A DNA stretch of 64,000 bases, taken from positions 16,678,001 through 16,742,000 of the forward strand of contig OZ059897.1 in the NCBI GenBank assembly GCA_964057225.1, in the 5' to 3' direction. The notes beneath the pieces were generated by a model, which saw only the letters and a list, made by a program, of their open reading frames with translations, was not told the DNA's origin and did not search any database. The first letter of the stretch is position 1; each line of letters starts with the position of its first letter. The translations under genes and the position numbers were made by a program. Shown in pieces: positions 51,076 through 63,500 of the stretch. Source of the DNA: Auanema rhodensis (taxonomy: Eukaryota > Animalia > Nematoda).

Positions 51076-53266
51076 ATTAGTGCCATAATCTCCATTTCTT
51101 TCTTAATAAATGTCTTTCTCTCTTTTTAATTTGGGATGATGCTAAATAGAAGTTGAGAAAGAGAAATGACGATGAAAGAAAAAATGGATGAAGTAAATTG
51201 AGAGAGTAGCAGTGAAAATCCTTATTCGGTCAAGCATCATTTCCTTTGGCCGATTGGCTTAATGTACCTTCTAGAAGCACGAGAATGAATATGTTAACGT
51301 ACTTTGTATTTGAAGGTCAATCAAACCGTTCAATAGAATAAGCTCAAGTTAGAAGCTTTAGCAAGATTCAGAAGATGTTTATGAGACTTTCTCCAGTGAG
51401 GTGAAGCTCAATCTATGTAGAGGGAGTTGTTCTAAACCATTACATAGTACGCAAATTATTAAATTTGAAGATAGGGGGAGGGGGTGGGAGGAAGGTATAA
51501 GAAGTTTTTTTTCCAGGAAATAAAACATGGATTAAGATTTTTTCTTCTGTTCGTCAATCACCCGGTTCAGTAAACATCAGTCAATTAAGGCAAATCATGC
51601 GTAATCATTCAAATTTATAAAAGTGCTTTGAAAGAGAAAAGAAAGTTATAAAGAGGTAAAAATATAAAGAGAAGCTAAGGGATAGCAGTTATGTAAATTG
51701 TCATTTAACTGCAGTTAAATGACAATTTTTGATACTTTTTGTGTTTTGAATATTTGGGGGGGGGGGGGAGGTGATGTATGAAGTGAAATGAAGTAAAGCC
51801 TCTTATTCAACATATACAAGGTTCATTTCTCCTAAAGCTTTTGGATTTTCCCCATTCTATTTGATATATTTGACTATTTTCTCTTTTCTTTTTTTCCCTC
51901 TAAAACATATCAATTTATAAAAATGCTAGCAATAAATATAAATCGAGAATAAGGATTTGCTCACTGCTGAACGATTAGTCGTCAGTTCGCAATTTTTCTC
52001 AGAACTCTAATAAATTTATAATGACCTTTTTAGAGGTAGGCTGAGTTCAATGGGTCGTGCATATCCTCTAACATCTCTCCTTCTCTTCCCCATCTCAAAT
52101 TTCATATAATTTTTAATATCTTCTCCCCCCCCCCACTAAAATCAGCCAAAAAAATGAAAGAAAAGGAGAAAATGATAGGAGGAATAAGATATTTTACCCT
52201 ATTCGTTCCAAGACCTCAAAGTTCACGTTTTGTCTTAAATCCAGCAATGAAAATATTCCATGAATCGACATCATTTTCATATTTCATTGTAATGATACTC
52301 ATTACAGATCTCGAAGTCCATCTCAGGTTAGTAGAAGTCGAATCCATTCGGACGGAAGTGAAGAACCGGCTGGACCGGTCGTCGGGACAGCTACTAGTGG
52401 GGCTGAAAGCGACGACGAAGCCTTCGAAGGGCCCCGTTTTGAGCTAGAACTAAGTTGTCCACATTGTGCACTGGTGGCTGATTACAAGTAAGTTTTCCTT
52501 TTTAATATATTTTGGCTTCTATTATGAATTGAAATTGAAAATTTGGGATCCATACCACATTTAGCAGATATTTTTTTGTGATTTTCTTAATAAACTTGAT
52601 GATATAACCTTTGAAATTTTCATAATACAGTTATTTCGTATTAAAAATTTAAAAGTATATAGATATACATTTTGTATAAAAGTATATGAATATATAAATT
52701 TTAATATTCTTTATAATATTTTATTTATAACTTAATATTTATTCCAAAATAAACTTTTTCTTTTCTAAATTATGAACAAAAATTAATTTATTCATGTTTC
52801 CAACGCAATATCTTTTTTTTCAACAATATTGTGAATCATAAGATTGAAATCTCAAACAAAACTTTTTTTTAACTAAAAAAAGGTCAAATTAGATAATTAA
52901 ACTGCTACCGCTGCTGCTAATGCTGTTGCAGCAAGTTTGTTGGTGTTTGATCGAGTTTTTCCTTTCTTTTTTTTCAAATTATTTCAACATCGTTCATATT
53001 AAATATAATATGTACATTATTTATTTTTTTTATCTAAAAGTATTAAAGATAATTTCTAATCAATATGTCGGATTAGTTTATCATGCTCACATGTTATTAA
53101 ACGATAAAAAAGAAGAGAATGATGAAGAAGTGTAGAACTTCTGCCATTCTATTCCACTCCAAAAAGCGAAGATGAGATATTGTGTGAGATAACACGATTA
53201 GTCAAAAGCTTTGCAAACAACTCTTATATATTATATGAGATACATATCTATATATTCTTATGTACC

Positions 53267-53353
<87 letters not shown>

Positions 53354-53947
53354 CATCCTTCCTCATCCATCTTCTGCGTGCCTTCTTCACTATTTTACCT
53401 CTTCTCCTTTCACTGAATATGCTTTGGATATGAAGAGGAATAGATAAAACGTTGCACTGGCAACCATCTGGCCAACTTCCACAACGACACCAACTTTGGC
53501 GTGGGTCCGATAGATGATGAATATTAACTTCGAAATGATGTCCAGGAATATCAGTCCACTACGTTTATCCGGTTAATTACATTATTTCCGATTGAAGCAG
53601 TGCAAGCTGCTCAGAAAGGTGGCATCATTCACTTTTATTTCTCTAGTACTCTCAATCTTTCATGATATCTTTGCTCTTATAACTCCAAAAATGCAAAAAG
53701 GAGATGAACGAGGGACTGCTGATTCTGATTATTATAAAAAGGAAAAAGAAGTAAAATTAAGCTAAAAACTTCATGAGAGCTAAAGAATTATTTCGACATT
53801 AAAAAATGAAAAGAAATAAGCTGAAAGTACTTGGTGATGAAGGAAATATTTTGTCATTTGGAATTCTCTCTTCTCGTAAAATACAACAAAGGAAAAAAAG
53901 ACAAAAATCAGTATTTCTAATTTAAGAAAAAAAGTATTATAGTATAA

Positions 53948-53986
<39 letters not shown>

Positions 53987-56900
53987 TATATAGTATATAA
54001 TACTTTATAAATTGTTTATACAAAAACAGGAGGGTAGTCTATCTAGAAACACTCCAGATTTTGAGGATTTATAAGAGATTTAGAACATTCTTTTCTGTTA
54101 AAGAGATCAATTGCTACTTATAATCATATTCATATTCATCACATTTCTTTTATTTTTTATGAAAAGAAAATATATTTTCTCATATATATATATACAAATA
54201 TACGTATAACATACATACACCCTTCAAAAATATTTTTAACTAAATTATAAATATTATAATTATTCATTTTTATTAAATTTTTTAATTTATGTTTACAGAA
54301 GACGACTACTGAAAACGGAGCTTGAATCTGCCGTTCTTCGCTTAGCACGAAGATTGGGAAACGGTCGACAGCTTCGGGATGAAGCCATGCGAAATGGTCA
54401 ACCAGCTCCTGATATCATTGGTAAGATTTAATAACTTTTAATAAATATTGTTTACAATCTTTTTTACATTATTATAGTATTAATAATAAAAGGATCAATA
54501 TTATATAATAAATATGATGAAGCTTTATTATTTTAGTCTCATCCATTAGTTCCGATGATGAAGACCGTACCTATGAGCGACATACGAGCAGTGAACGAAC
54601 TAGTAGTCTACAGACGAGTGAAACAAAGTAAAAACTTTCTTATTTTTCAAATTTTTTCTTTTCTTTTTTTTCTAATTCTACGTATATATTTACATAGTAT
54701 ATGTTTAACCATGCGCTAGTATTCTCAAGTCTAATATACTATGTAAAACTAGATGTATACAGAGGTTGCGAATGACCTCAAGTTTTCTGTAATTTCTTAA
54801 AATTCTCGAACAATCAAATATGTTCTTTGATATCCATTCTTTTCTTTTTTTAAATAATTTTATATAATCAATATAATTCTTTTTTCAGTTCGCCGTGTAG
54901 CTCATCGTCTCCATCACCACGGATTTCCCGTAATGGAAACGATATAACCCTTGATCCATCCCCTGATACATCATCTCAAGATCTTCTTTTATCACCATTT
55001 CGATTATGTCCACCATCGCTACTCTCACCATATCCGGACTCCAACTCTCCCCCACGGTCGAATTCGGTAGATTTGTCCACTCTTCGACGTGACATCGAAA
55101 TGCTATCCGTGTCGTCGGGAGAATCTGATGGAGCTTCTGATGGAGAGTTTGAGCCACCCACGCCGGCGGAGAGTATCAGAACAGTTCGCTCAAAGTCACA
55201 TGATCCAGCAGCTCCAACATCCGTCTTAAGACGGCCTAGTCGAATTGAACACCTTTCCGAATTATTCAGGTTTTTAACTGGAAACAAGAGAATATGAATC
55301 AATTATATTCAAAATAAGAAATAATGAATATATAAAATTTAAAAAATGAATGAATAATGATTGAACTTTCCCGGAAAAGCTTTATATACATATATATTTA
55401 AATTTCGGTATTAAAACTAATTTTTCGAACATTTACGTTGCAGGAAAGCTTTGGCTAAGTCTCCTGTAGTCCGACGATCAGCTGCAGAACAAGAAATACG
55501 TACAGTAAATAAGCATCGCACAAGCCGGTATTGGCAAGATGATCAAGTTAGTTTAAATATTTATTATGTTTAACTAATAGTGCTATATTTGAAAATAAAA
55601 AATATATATTTATAAATCTAAAAATATAATTAAATACTTTTCAGATGTTACCAGCTGAACACATTTGGCTACCATCATCGGGTCCTGGATCATCTGCTTC
55701 AGCAGATTCGGAATGTTATGTTGGAGAGAAAGATTGCAGAAAGCAAGGTTTTTAATAAAAAAAAGATTCTATTTTTATAAAAAATTAAATGAACTTAAAG
55801 GTGAAAAAAGACGTTGTGCTGCGTGTCATATAGTCGCTCATTCTGGCTGTTCATCTCTTTTATCTAAGGTAACATAATAAATATTAAATTTATTATATTA
55901 ATATAAATAATTTTTTTTAATAAACAAGTGAATAATTTAAAATTATTTTCAGCTTAATTTGAATTGTAAAACTACATATAGAGATCATACAATCAAGAAA
56001 CAACCAACAAAAGAAATGATGGATAATTTAACAATGCATCACTGGGTACATAAGGTAAATTTAAAAAAAAATAAAAAAATTAGTATAGAATCTAAGATAT
56101 TACACGTGTTTTGTACATTTAATAGTTTTCTATAATATACATATATCTTTCACGTGAATTACACGTTGAATTCATTTCTAATTAATATAATATATCTACC
56201 GGTTCAATGCATTCAGCAATATTTATTTTTAAAAATAATATTAAATATTTATAGTGGAGACATGAAGGTAGATGTAATACGTGTGGTAAATCATTTCAAC
56301 AAAAAATGTTTAATTTTCAACAAAAGGAGAAAAAGGTTTAAATATATTAAATTTATTATTATATTTATTTATATTAAATATATTAAATTAGTTTATAATA
56401 ATATAATTAACTTTTAGGAAACAATAGCAGTTACATGTTCATGGTGTAAAGAATCATATCACGTGAAAAATTGTTTCACACGAGATAAATTAGAACAAAA
56501 GTATTCATTTTTGTTTAAAATATATATTTTTTAAATATATAATTTAAGATGTGATCGAGGAGTATTAAGAGATATGATTGTACCTCCTAATTGGATTTTA
56601 AGACTACCAAGCCGTAATAGAAATAAACATAAACAATTAACAAATAGGCAAAGTCGTCGTGTAAGTTTTTTTTTTAAATTTATATAAAATATTTAATTGT
56701 TTTATAATAATATATTTATAGCCAACAAGACAATTTATTGTTAAACCAACAGATATGTGGACAACTGGTCCTACTCAGCCTCTTGTTGTATTTGTAAATC
56801 CAAAATCTGGAGGAAATAAGGTGATTACACCGTAAACAAACAATTCTTGAATTATCATTTTGTATTAAAGGGTTCAAAAGCATTACATACATTGTGTTGG

Positions 56901-58886
56901 TTGTTAAATCCTCGACAAGTATTTGATATAACAACATTAAAAGGACCGAAATTTGGGTAAAACTTTAATTTTATATGTAATTATATTATATAATTTATAG
57001 TTTGGAAGTGTATCGTAAGGTTGTAACACAATTACGACTTTTGGTATGTGGAGGAGATGGCACAGTTGGATGGGTCTTACAAACCTTAGACTCAGTATGT
57101 TTTCAAAAAATATTAATTTTAACTATTTTAATAATTATAGTTAAATTGGCCGGCTTATCCACCAATGGCAATTATGCCATTAGGCACAGGAAATGATTTA
57201 GCTCGATGTATGGGTTGGGGTGGAACATTCTCAGATGAGCCACTTAGTCAATTACTTCAAGCAATCTTACACGAAACAACTGTTACTCATCTTGATCGGT
57301 AATAAACTTTAAAATAATATTTATGATTATTATTATTATAAACTATACAGATGGCGTCTTGATGTTGAACCAAATCCGTCATGTAATATGGATGCTACAT
57401 CTGAAGAAATATCAGATGCTGTTCAATCATCATTACCATTAACCGTTATGAACAATTATTTCTCAATTGGTGCTGATGCTCATGTAGCTTTACAATTTCA
57501 TCATAGCCGAAGTATGTTTTTCTAGAAAAATCTTAAACATTTCAAGTTTTACTATGATATTGCATAGGTGCCAATCCACAAATGCTCAACAGTCGTCTTA
57601 AAAATCGAATTGCTTATGGTGGTCTGGGAACAATAGATTTATTTAAAAGAAGCTGGAAGGATTTATCAGGATATATATATTTAGAAGTAATATTATTTAT
57701 AATATAATATATAACTTTATTCTTTTTTTTAAATTACAGTGTGATGGTACTGATATGACGCCTCGTATTAAAGAAATGAAATTTCATTGTATATTATTTC
57801 ATAATATTTCATATTATGCTGGTGGTACAACTCCATGGGGTAGTGACGCTAATGATTCTCAAAAACAGTCAAGTTGTGATGGGAAAATCGAAGTTTTAGG
57901 ATTTACCACAGCAACTTTGGTAAGTTAGTATCAAACTTGAAAAGACTAATTGAGTTCACTAGGCTGCTCTTCAAATGGGTGGTAAAGGTGAACGTATTGC
58001 TCAATGCTCATCTGTTAAGATAATAACTAGTAAAGCAATTCCAATGCAGGTTAGTTAAATAAAATTATTTTAATTAACTATATGTATATTTATATAATTA
58101 ATTAATTATGATTTAAGGTTGATGGTGAGCCTTGTCTTCTTGCCCCGTCTTTCATTTCCCTTAGCTTTCATAGCAAAGTGAGTATATTAAATATGTTTTA
58201 ATATAACTTAAACATGATCACATCAGGTACCAATGCTAAAACGAGAAAAGAAACCACCTTGTACTCCAAATCTCATGCGACGAAATACACGTACACAACG
58301 TAAAGATTCACGGGTAATATTAATTATTATTTTGTTTACAAATAATAAAATTATTTTAGGTTCAATCAACATCTCTTATAATGCAATTACCAGTTGTAGT
58401 TGTAGGAAAGCATGATTATGATACTTATAAAGATTGTTTTGAACGCTTAAAGGACACAGGTATTATATATAAACTAAATAAAATTTCTTATTATATCATG
58501 TTATAGCATATGAAATTGGCATCATCAGTGTTGAAGCTGAATCTGAACTAGACGATGTTCGAACTCAAATTCATAAAATCATTACTGAACACAATACATT
58601 GCCCTATGCTCCATCAAAAGATTGGCGATTCCTTGATTGTAAGTTTTGAATATTTGACATCATATTTCTTATATATTAATTTATATTATATAATAATAAA
58701 TGTTTATAGATGTTACAAATGCTGAAGAAGGAACATTCCGTGTATCACGTCATCAGGAAAAAGTTCATAGTGTATCAGATATTTGTAATCCGGATGAATG
58801 TCTTCTTATTCTTGATCATTCATTTCCATCTATAACAGCACCAGAAACATCTCAAGATATATCGTTTTCAAGCAATGGGTTAGTTG

Positions 58887-58924
<38 letters not shown>

Positions 58925-59064
58925 CTATATGTATATAATAATAAATATATTTTAGAGAACCATCACACATTACTACTCCACCACCTCGAAAACCATGTCA
59001 ACGAAGAATCTCTGAAACATTACGAATTGTACTTAGTTCTGATGCTCAAGAAACGCATTTGTAA
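50178..59064 (+). CDS. dgk-5: Diacylglycerol kinase, type IV (zeta/iota/rdgA-like): Ser-rich N-terminus, two C1 domains, catalytic and accessory domains, PDZ-binding tail
   Basis: Exons 50178-50725, 52308-52487, from about 54299, 54537, 54889 and 55444 (RKALAKSP); C1A HIW...CYVGEKDC...[14 protein letters not shown]; C1[24 protein letters not shown]...[13 protein letters not shown]; [59 protein letters not shown]; ends DAQETHL* (TAA 59062-59064). Confidence 0.9.
51031..51072. repeat. (TC)21 microsatellite
   Basis: Perfect TC run in a dgk-5 intron. Confidence 0.95.
51756..51768. repeat. G13 homopolymer tract
   Basis: tattt-G13-aggtg seen directly. Confidence 0.9.
53273..53350. repeat. (TC)39 microsatellite
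   Basis: Perfect TC run; source of the spurious SLSLSL ORFs in the track. Confidence 0.97.
53953..53982. repeat. (TA)n microsatellite
   Basis: About 15 TA units; similar runs near 19873 and 58890. Confidence 0.9.
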
Positions 59065-60529
59065 GTTCTATACAACCATGATGAAAATGTTTTTCATCTA
59101 AAAATTATTATTTTTGTAATATTTCGTATATTGTTTTTAATCGAAAATATTAAAATATAATAACTATTTACCATACATTTGTTATAATAGTTTATTATAT
59201 TTTAAATATATATTTAATTGATTATCTTTAAGAAATATATATTCTTGTATAAACTATTTAACCAAAAAAAAAGAAAAAAGTTCAAATTTCTTGTTATCAC
59301 TTCTGTTAAATCGTAATTGGTAGTTCAAATAATAGTTATTTTTACGTTTTTCTTAATCTTTCATTCAGCTGTTCTCAAACATTTTCTTATATTTTCCAAT
59401 ATTACCGGAGAAAGTATCTTATGAAAATCTTATACACATAATGTTTGTTTGTTTTGTTTATTATAATTAAGTTTAAATTCCAAATTTATTTGAATTTAAA
59501 GTAAGAATTGTGCCAAAATTCTCTCTGAGATTCAAAAATTACAATGTTTGGGATATGAATAAACCAGAACTTGGGTATCTGTATTATAAACAGATTAGAA
59601 ATGTCTTTTTTATTATTTTATCGTTTAATATTTTCTGTATATTTTTATTTTATAACATGTATGTATGTAATTTGCAATAAAAATCTTTTTTTTTAAATAT
59701 TATTAAATATATATATATATATAAATGATCAAATTACAATTGGACTTAAAACTAACTTGAAGAAAAATATAAAAAAAAAATTTCTTAAATCTTTGTCATT
59801 TGCTCTGTAATGAACGTAACACAGCTGCTTAGAGTGGGGAGTAAAGATGAGATTGGAGAATTTGGCCTCTTGATGTGAAAAATGCCACCAATAGTTCTTA
59901 GAAGAAAAGTCTCATTTTGACGTTCTTACACCTTATGCATGATCTGTAACCTTTTCATCATTTTTAAACATTTTTTTGTTTCATTTTGTTAAATAATAAT
60001 TTTTTTTTATTTATAAATATAAATTTATAATATATAATATATCATCGTATATAGTTTATAAATATATAATTATTAAAATTATTTTTTTTAATAATTTTTA
60101 TTTTAAAAAACTTAAAAATTTAATTTTTGAACTTTTCTATTTTTTTCTTTTTAGAAATAATCATTTCGTACATATTCTTGTCTATACGAACAAATCTGAC
60201 ACAGTAAATTAATGAGATAGATGATGTTATATCACATCAGAAAAGAGATAAGAACAACGAAAATTGAATTGTTTGAAAAAACAAAAAATATATAAAGATA
60301 TATTATATTTTATGTGAAGAAAGTTATTTATTTATTTATTTTTTATAATAATATTTATAGTTTTCGAAGATTTTGAACACTTTCATATATAAATTTTTAT
60401 TATATATTTGAATTATAATATGGACAAATATTTATTATTTTAATATTACAGGTAATTATTATTTTTATATTAATTGATATAAAAATACTATAATTTAAGA
60501 ACCATACACCATACAAGTATATTTCAAAT

Positions 60530-63500
60530 ATGCCTCGTATGGCAAAAAATCTTGCCAGTAAACTAACTGGATCTTCTGGAGCATGTAAGCCAACAACTAG
60601 AAAGCGATCAGGGTATTAAATGTATTTCAAATATATTTTTTTAATAAATAATAATAGATCGAGAAACAGTTCAGTTATTTTATCAACATCAGATTCAGGT
60701 GAAAGAAGATATACTATAGGTATCAAAGTTATATATTTATCTTATTTAAATTTAAATTTTTAGTTGAAACAGAATCTGGAATACTTGAGTTACAAGAAGA
60801 AAATGTTGGTTTTGTGGATATTGTGTCTGGTACTAACATGGATGGTGTTCAGCATCTTCGTTCAGATAATGCTGTAACAAGGTTTATTTAAAACATTATA
60901 TGTTCTAATTATATTAAAATATAAATAAATAATTATTTAGAAATATTTGGAGAGCTCTTATTATTATTTTTGTATTACTTGCATTAATTCAAATATGGTC
61001 TCAACTTCAATTATATTTCAAACATCCTGTTGCAACAAATATTGAAGCAGAATATCCAAGAACCATTCCATTTCCTACCGTAGCCATATGTAATAATAAT
61101 CAATTTCGGTATGTTTCATATATATATATATATATATGTGTATATGTGTATAGTTAAGAAACGAACGTCAACAATTTAATTTGTTTAAAATGAAATAATT
61201 TATGTTTCTAATTGAACACATATCTTCTATTCATTAAATTATAGCTTAAAATCATTATATTGATTAGATAGATGATAGGGACATGATAGTGATTGAGATG
61301 TACATGAACATCTTTGTAACAATTATTCTGATTATTTTTAGTTTAAAATAAAATAATATTAATTAATTAAAAAGATTTATTATAATAAAATTATAATTAT
61401 AGCTTAACTTATATAACGGGTCCTCGTATATTGAATAGAAGACCAAAGGAATATAGAAATCTTAAAACAGTATTTACTGGTAATTCATCAATATTTGATA
61501 AAGTAATATTTTATATTTTTAGTTTTATATTTTAAAACAATGAATTTAGGTAATTGAGAGAACATGGGATATGGATGCTGTTCGATTTCTGCGCAGTGCC
61601 GCACATTGGAAATCAAGAATGATATTAGGGTTTATTTAAAATATTATATAATTATTATATATAATTAATTATTTTTTTAGTTGTACTTGGCCAAATGGTA
61701 CAAGTTGTCGTTTATCTGATTTTAAGGCAGTATGGACAATGACAGGATTATGTTGGGCTATTAATACAAATCAACATCATCCAGTTGAAGTAGCAGGAAG
61801 TGGTTAGTTTTTAATTTATTTTATATTATAAATAATCTTTTAATATGTTTATATATTTATATTATAGGTGCTGGACATGGTTTAAGATTATTATTGAATG
61901 TGGAAAGCTATGAACGAGTAGATGCATGTACACCACATTTTAGATCAAAATCTTTATCTGGATTAAAAGTAATTTTAATAATTATTATTTAATAAAATAT
62001 AAATAATTTTTAGGTTTTAATATATAATCAAACAAATGTACCAGAAAGTAGTTTAGATGGTGTTAATGTTCCTTCAGGATATTCAATGGATATACCAGTT
62101 AAGATGCAACATGTATGTTATTTTTAAATTTTTAATTTTTAATATTTTATTTTATTTAGAGACATAAAATTCCCGGAGTACATTGTATTGATGAACGAAA
62201 TGAACATATTGAAGCTCGAGATGATTTTAATTCAGAATATAATGTTCGAACATGTTCAATACGTCGATATATGACTGAAATTGAAAAAAAGTGTAATTGC
62301 TCGATGAGAAGAGCATTTCAACCAAGTTCTGAAAGTAAGATTTAAGCTCTACAAAAAGTTATTTCTGTTTGTTTTTAGATTCATATCGTAATTGTAATGT
62401 TGATGACTATTTTGGCTGTGTTCAAAATGTTGTAAAAGCTGTACAAGAAGTTGGATCTAATGCTGATTGTCAACCACCATGCCAAGTAGTTGACTTTACA
62501 GCTTGGCAGGTAATTATTTTAACTTTTTACTTTATCTTTATGTTTTATATAATATATTAAGGATATGAATCGTATGCCTAGCAATTTAATGCCAACTTTA
62601 ATAGAAGAACATGAAGAAGAAGATGAAGCAGACGTTGCACAAGAAGATATTGAAGAAGATGTAATAATTTTCAATTTTTAAATCAAATAATATGAAATAA
62701 TATTTCAGAAATATTTAGAAACAAGAGAAAGTAGTGATGAAACATTTAGTTGTCATGATAGTGCAATTTTAGATGAAAAACAGGTAAAAACATAGAAATT
62801 CTACAAAAAATATTTTTATATTTTAGGTTCAAAGAATTAAAAGAGATGCTCATCGTGCATATGAAAAACAAGCAAGATATCAAGAAGATATATTTTTACG
62901 ATCAAAAAGATTAATTCTTCGATTACGAATGGCTATTGAATCGTTTGTTTTTTTATTTTTTAAAAACTATTTGTTGTTGTTGTTGTTTAGAATAAGTAAT
63001 CTTCAATGGGGCTGGCATGGTGGAGACTTTAAGGGAATATATCAACGATTATTAGATAATGTTACTTGTTTTAATACATTCAGGTTTCTTTTTTTTATAT
63101 TTTATTATAAAAATTTGAAAATTTAAGTGAACGTCATGAAGGAATAGCAAGTATAATGAAAAATCGTCCACCTTTGAGTGAAGAAAAACGTGCAAGTCAA
63201 ATTCATTATGTAAAATATTTTAAAAATTAACAATAAAATAAAAATATTTATAGTTATTAGATGAAAATTCACATAAACGTAATCCCAATCGTCATAAAAC
63301 TATTGGAGATGTTAAATCATATTATGGTGATCGTGTTGAAATAGTTTTAAAAGAAATGCAAAATGTTCTTGAAACTGTAAGTATTATAATATATAAATTA
63401 TATAAATTATAAATAATATTAAAGATTGAAATTATGTGGCAAATATTTGAAGAAAAAACATATTCTTCTCTATTAACAGCTGATTTATCGCCAATGGATA

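Noticed and set aside
53180-53447. ORFs with SLSLSL repeats
   Set aside because: Translation of the (TC)39 microsatellite.
54885-55302. Minus-strand ORFs of 90-108 aa (also 50458-50782, 29403-29621, 24858-25109, and the plus-strand ORF 31306-31518)
   Set aside because: Antisense shadows of real GC-richer exons on the opposite strand.
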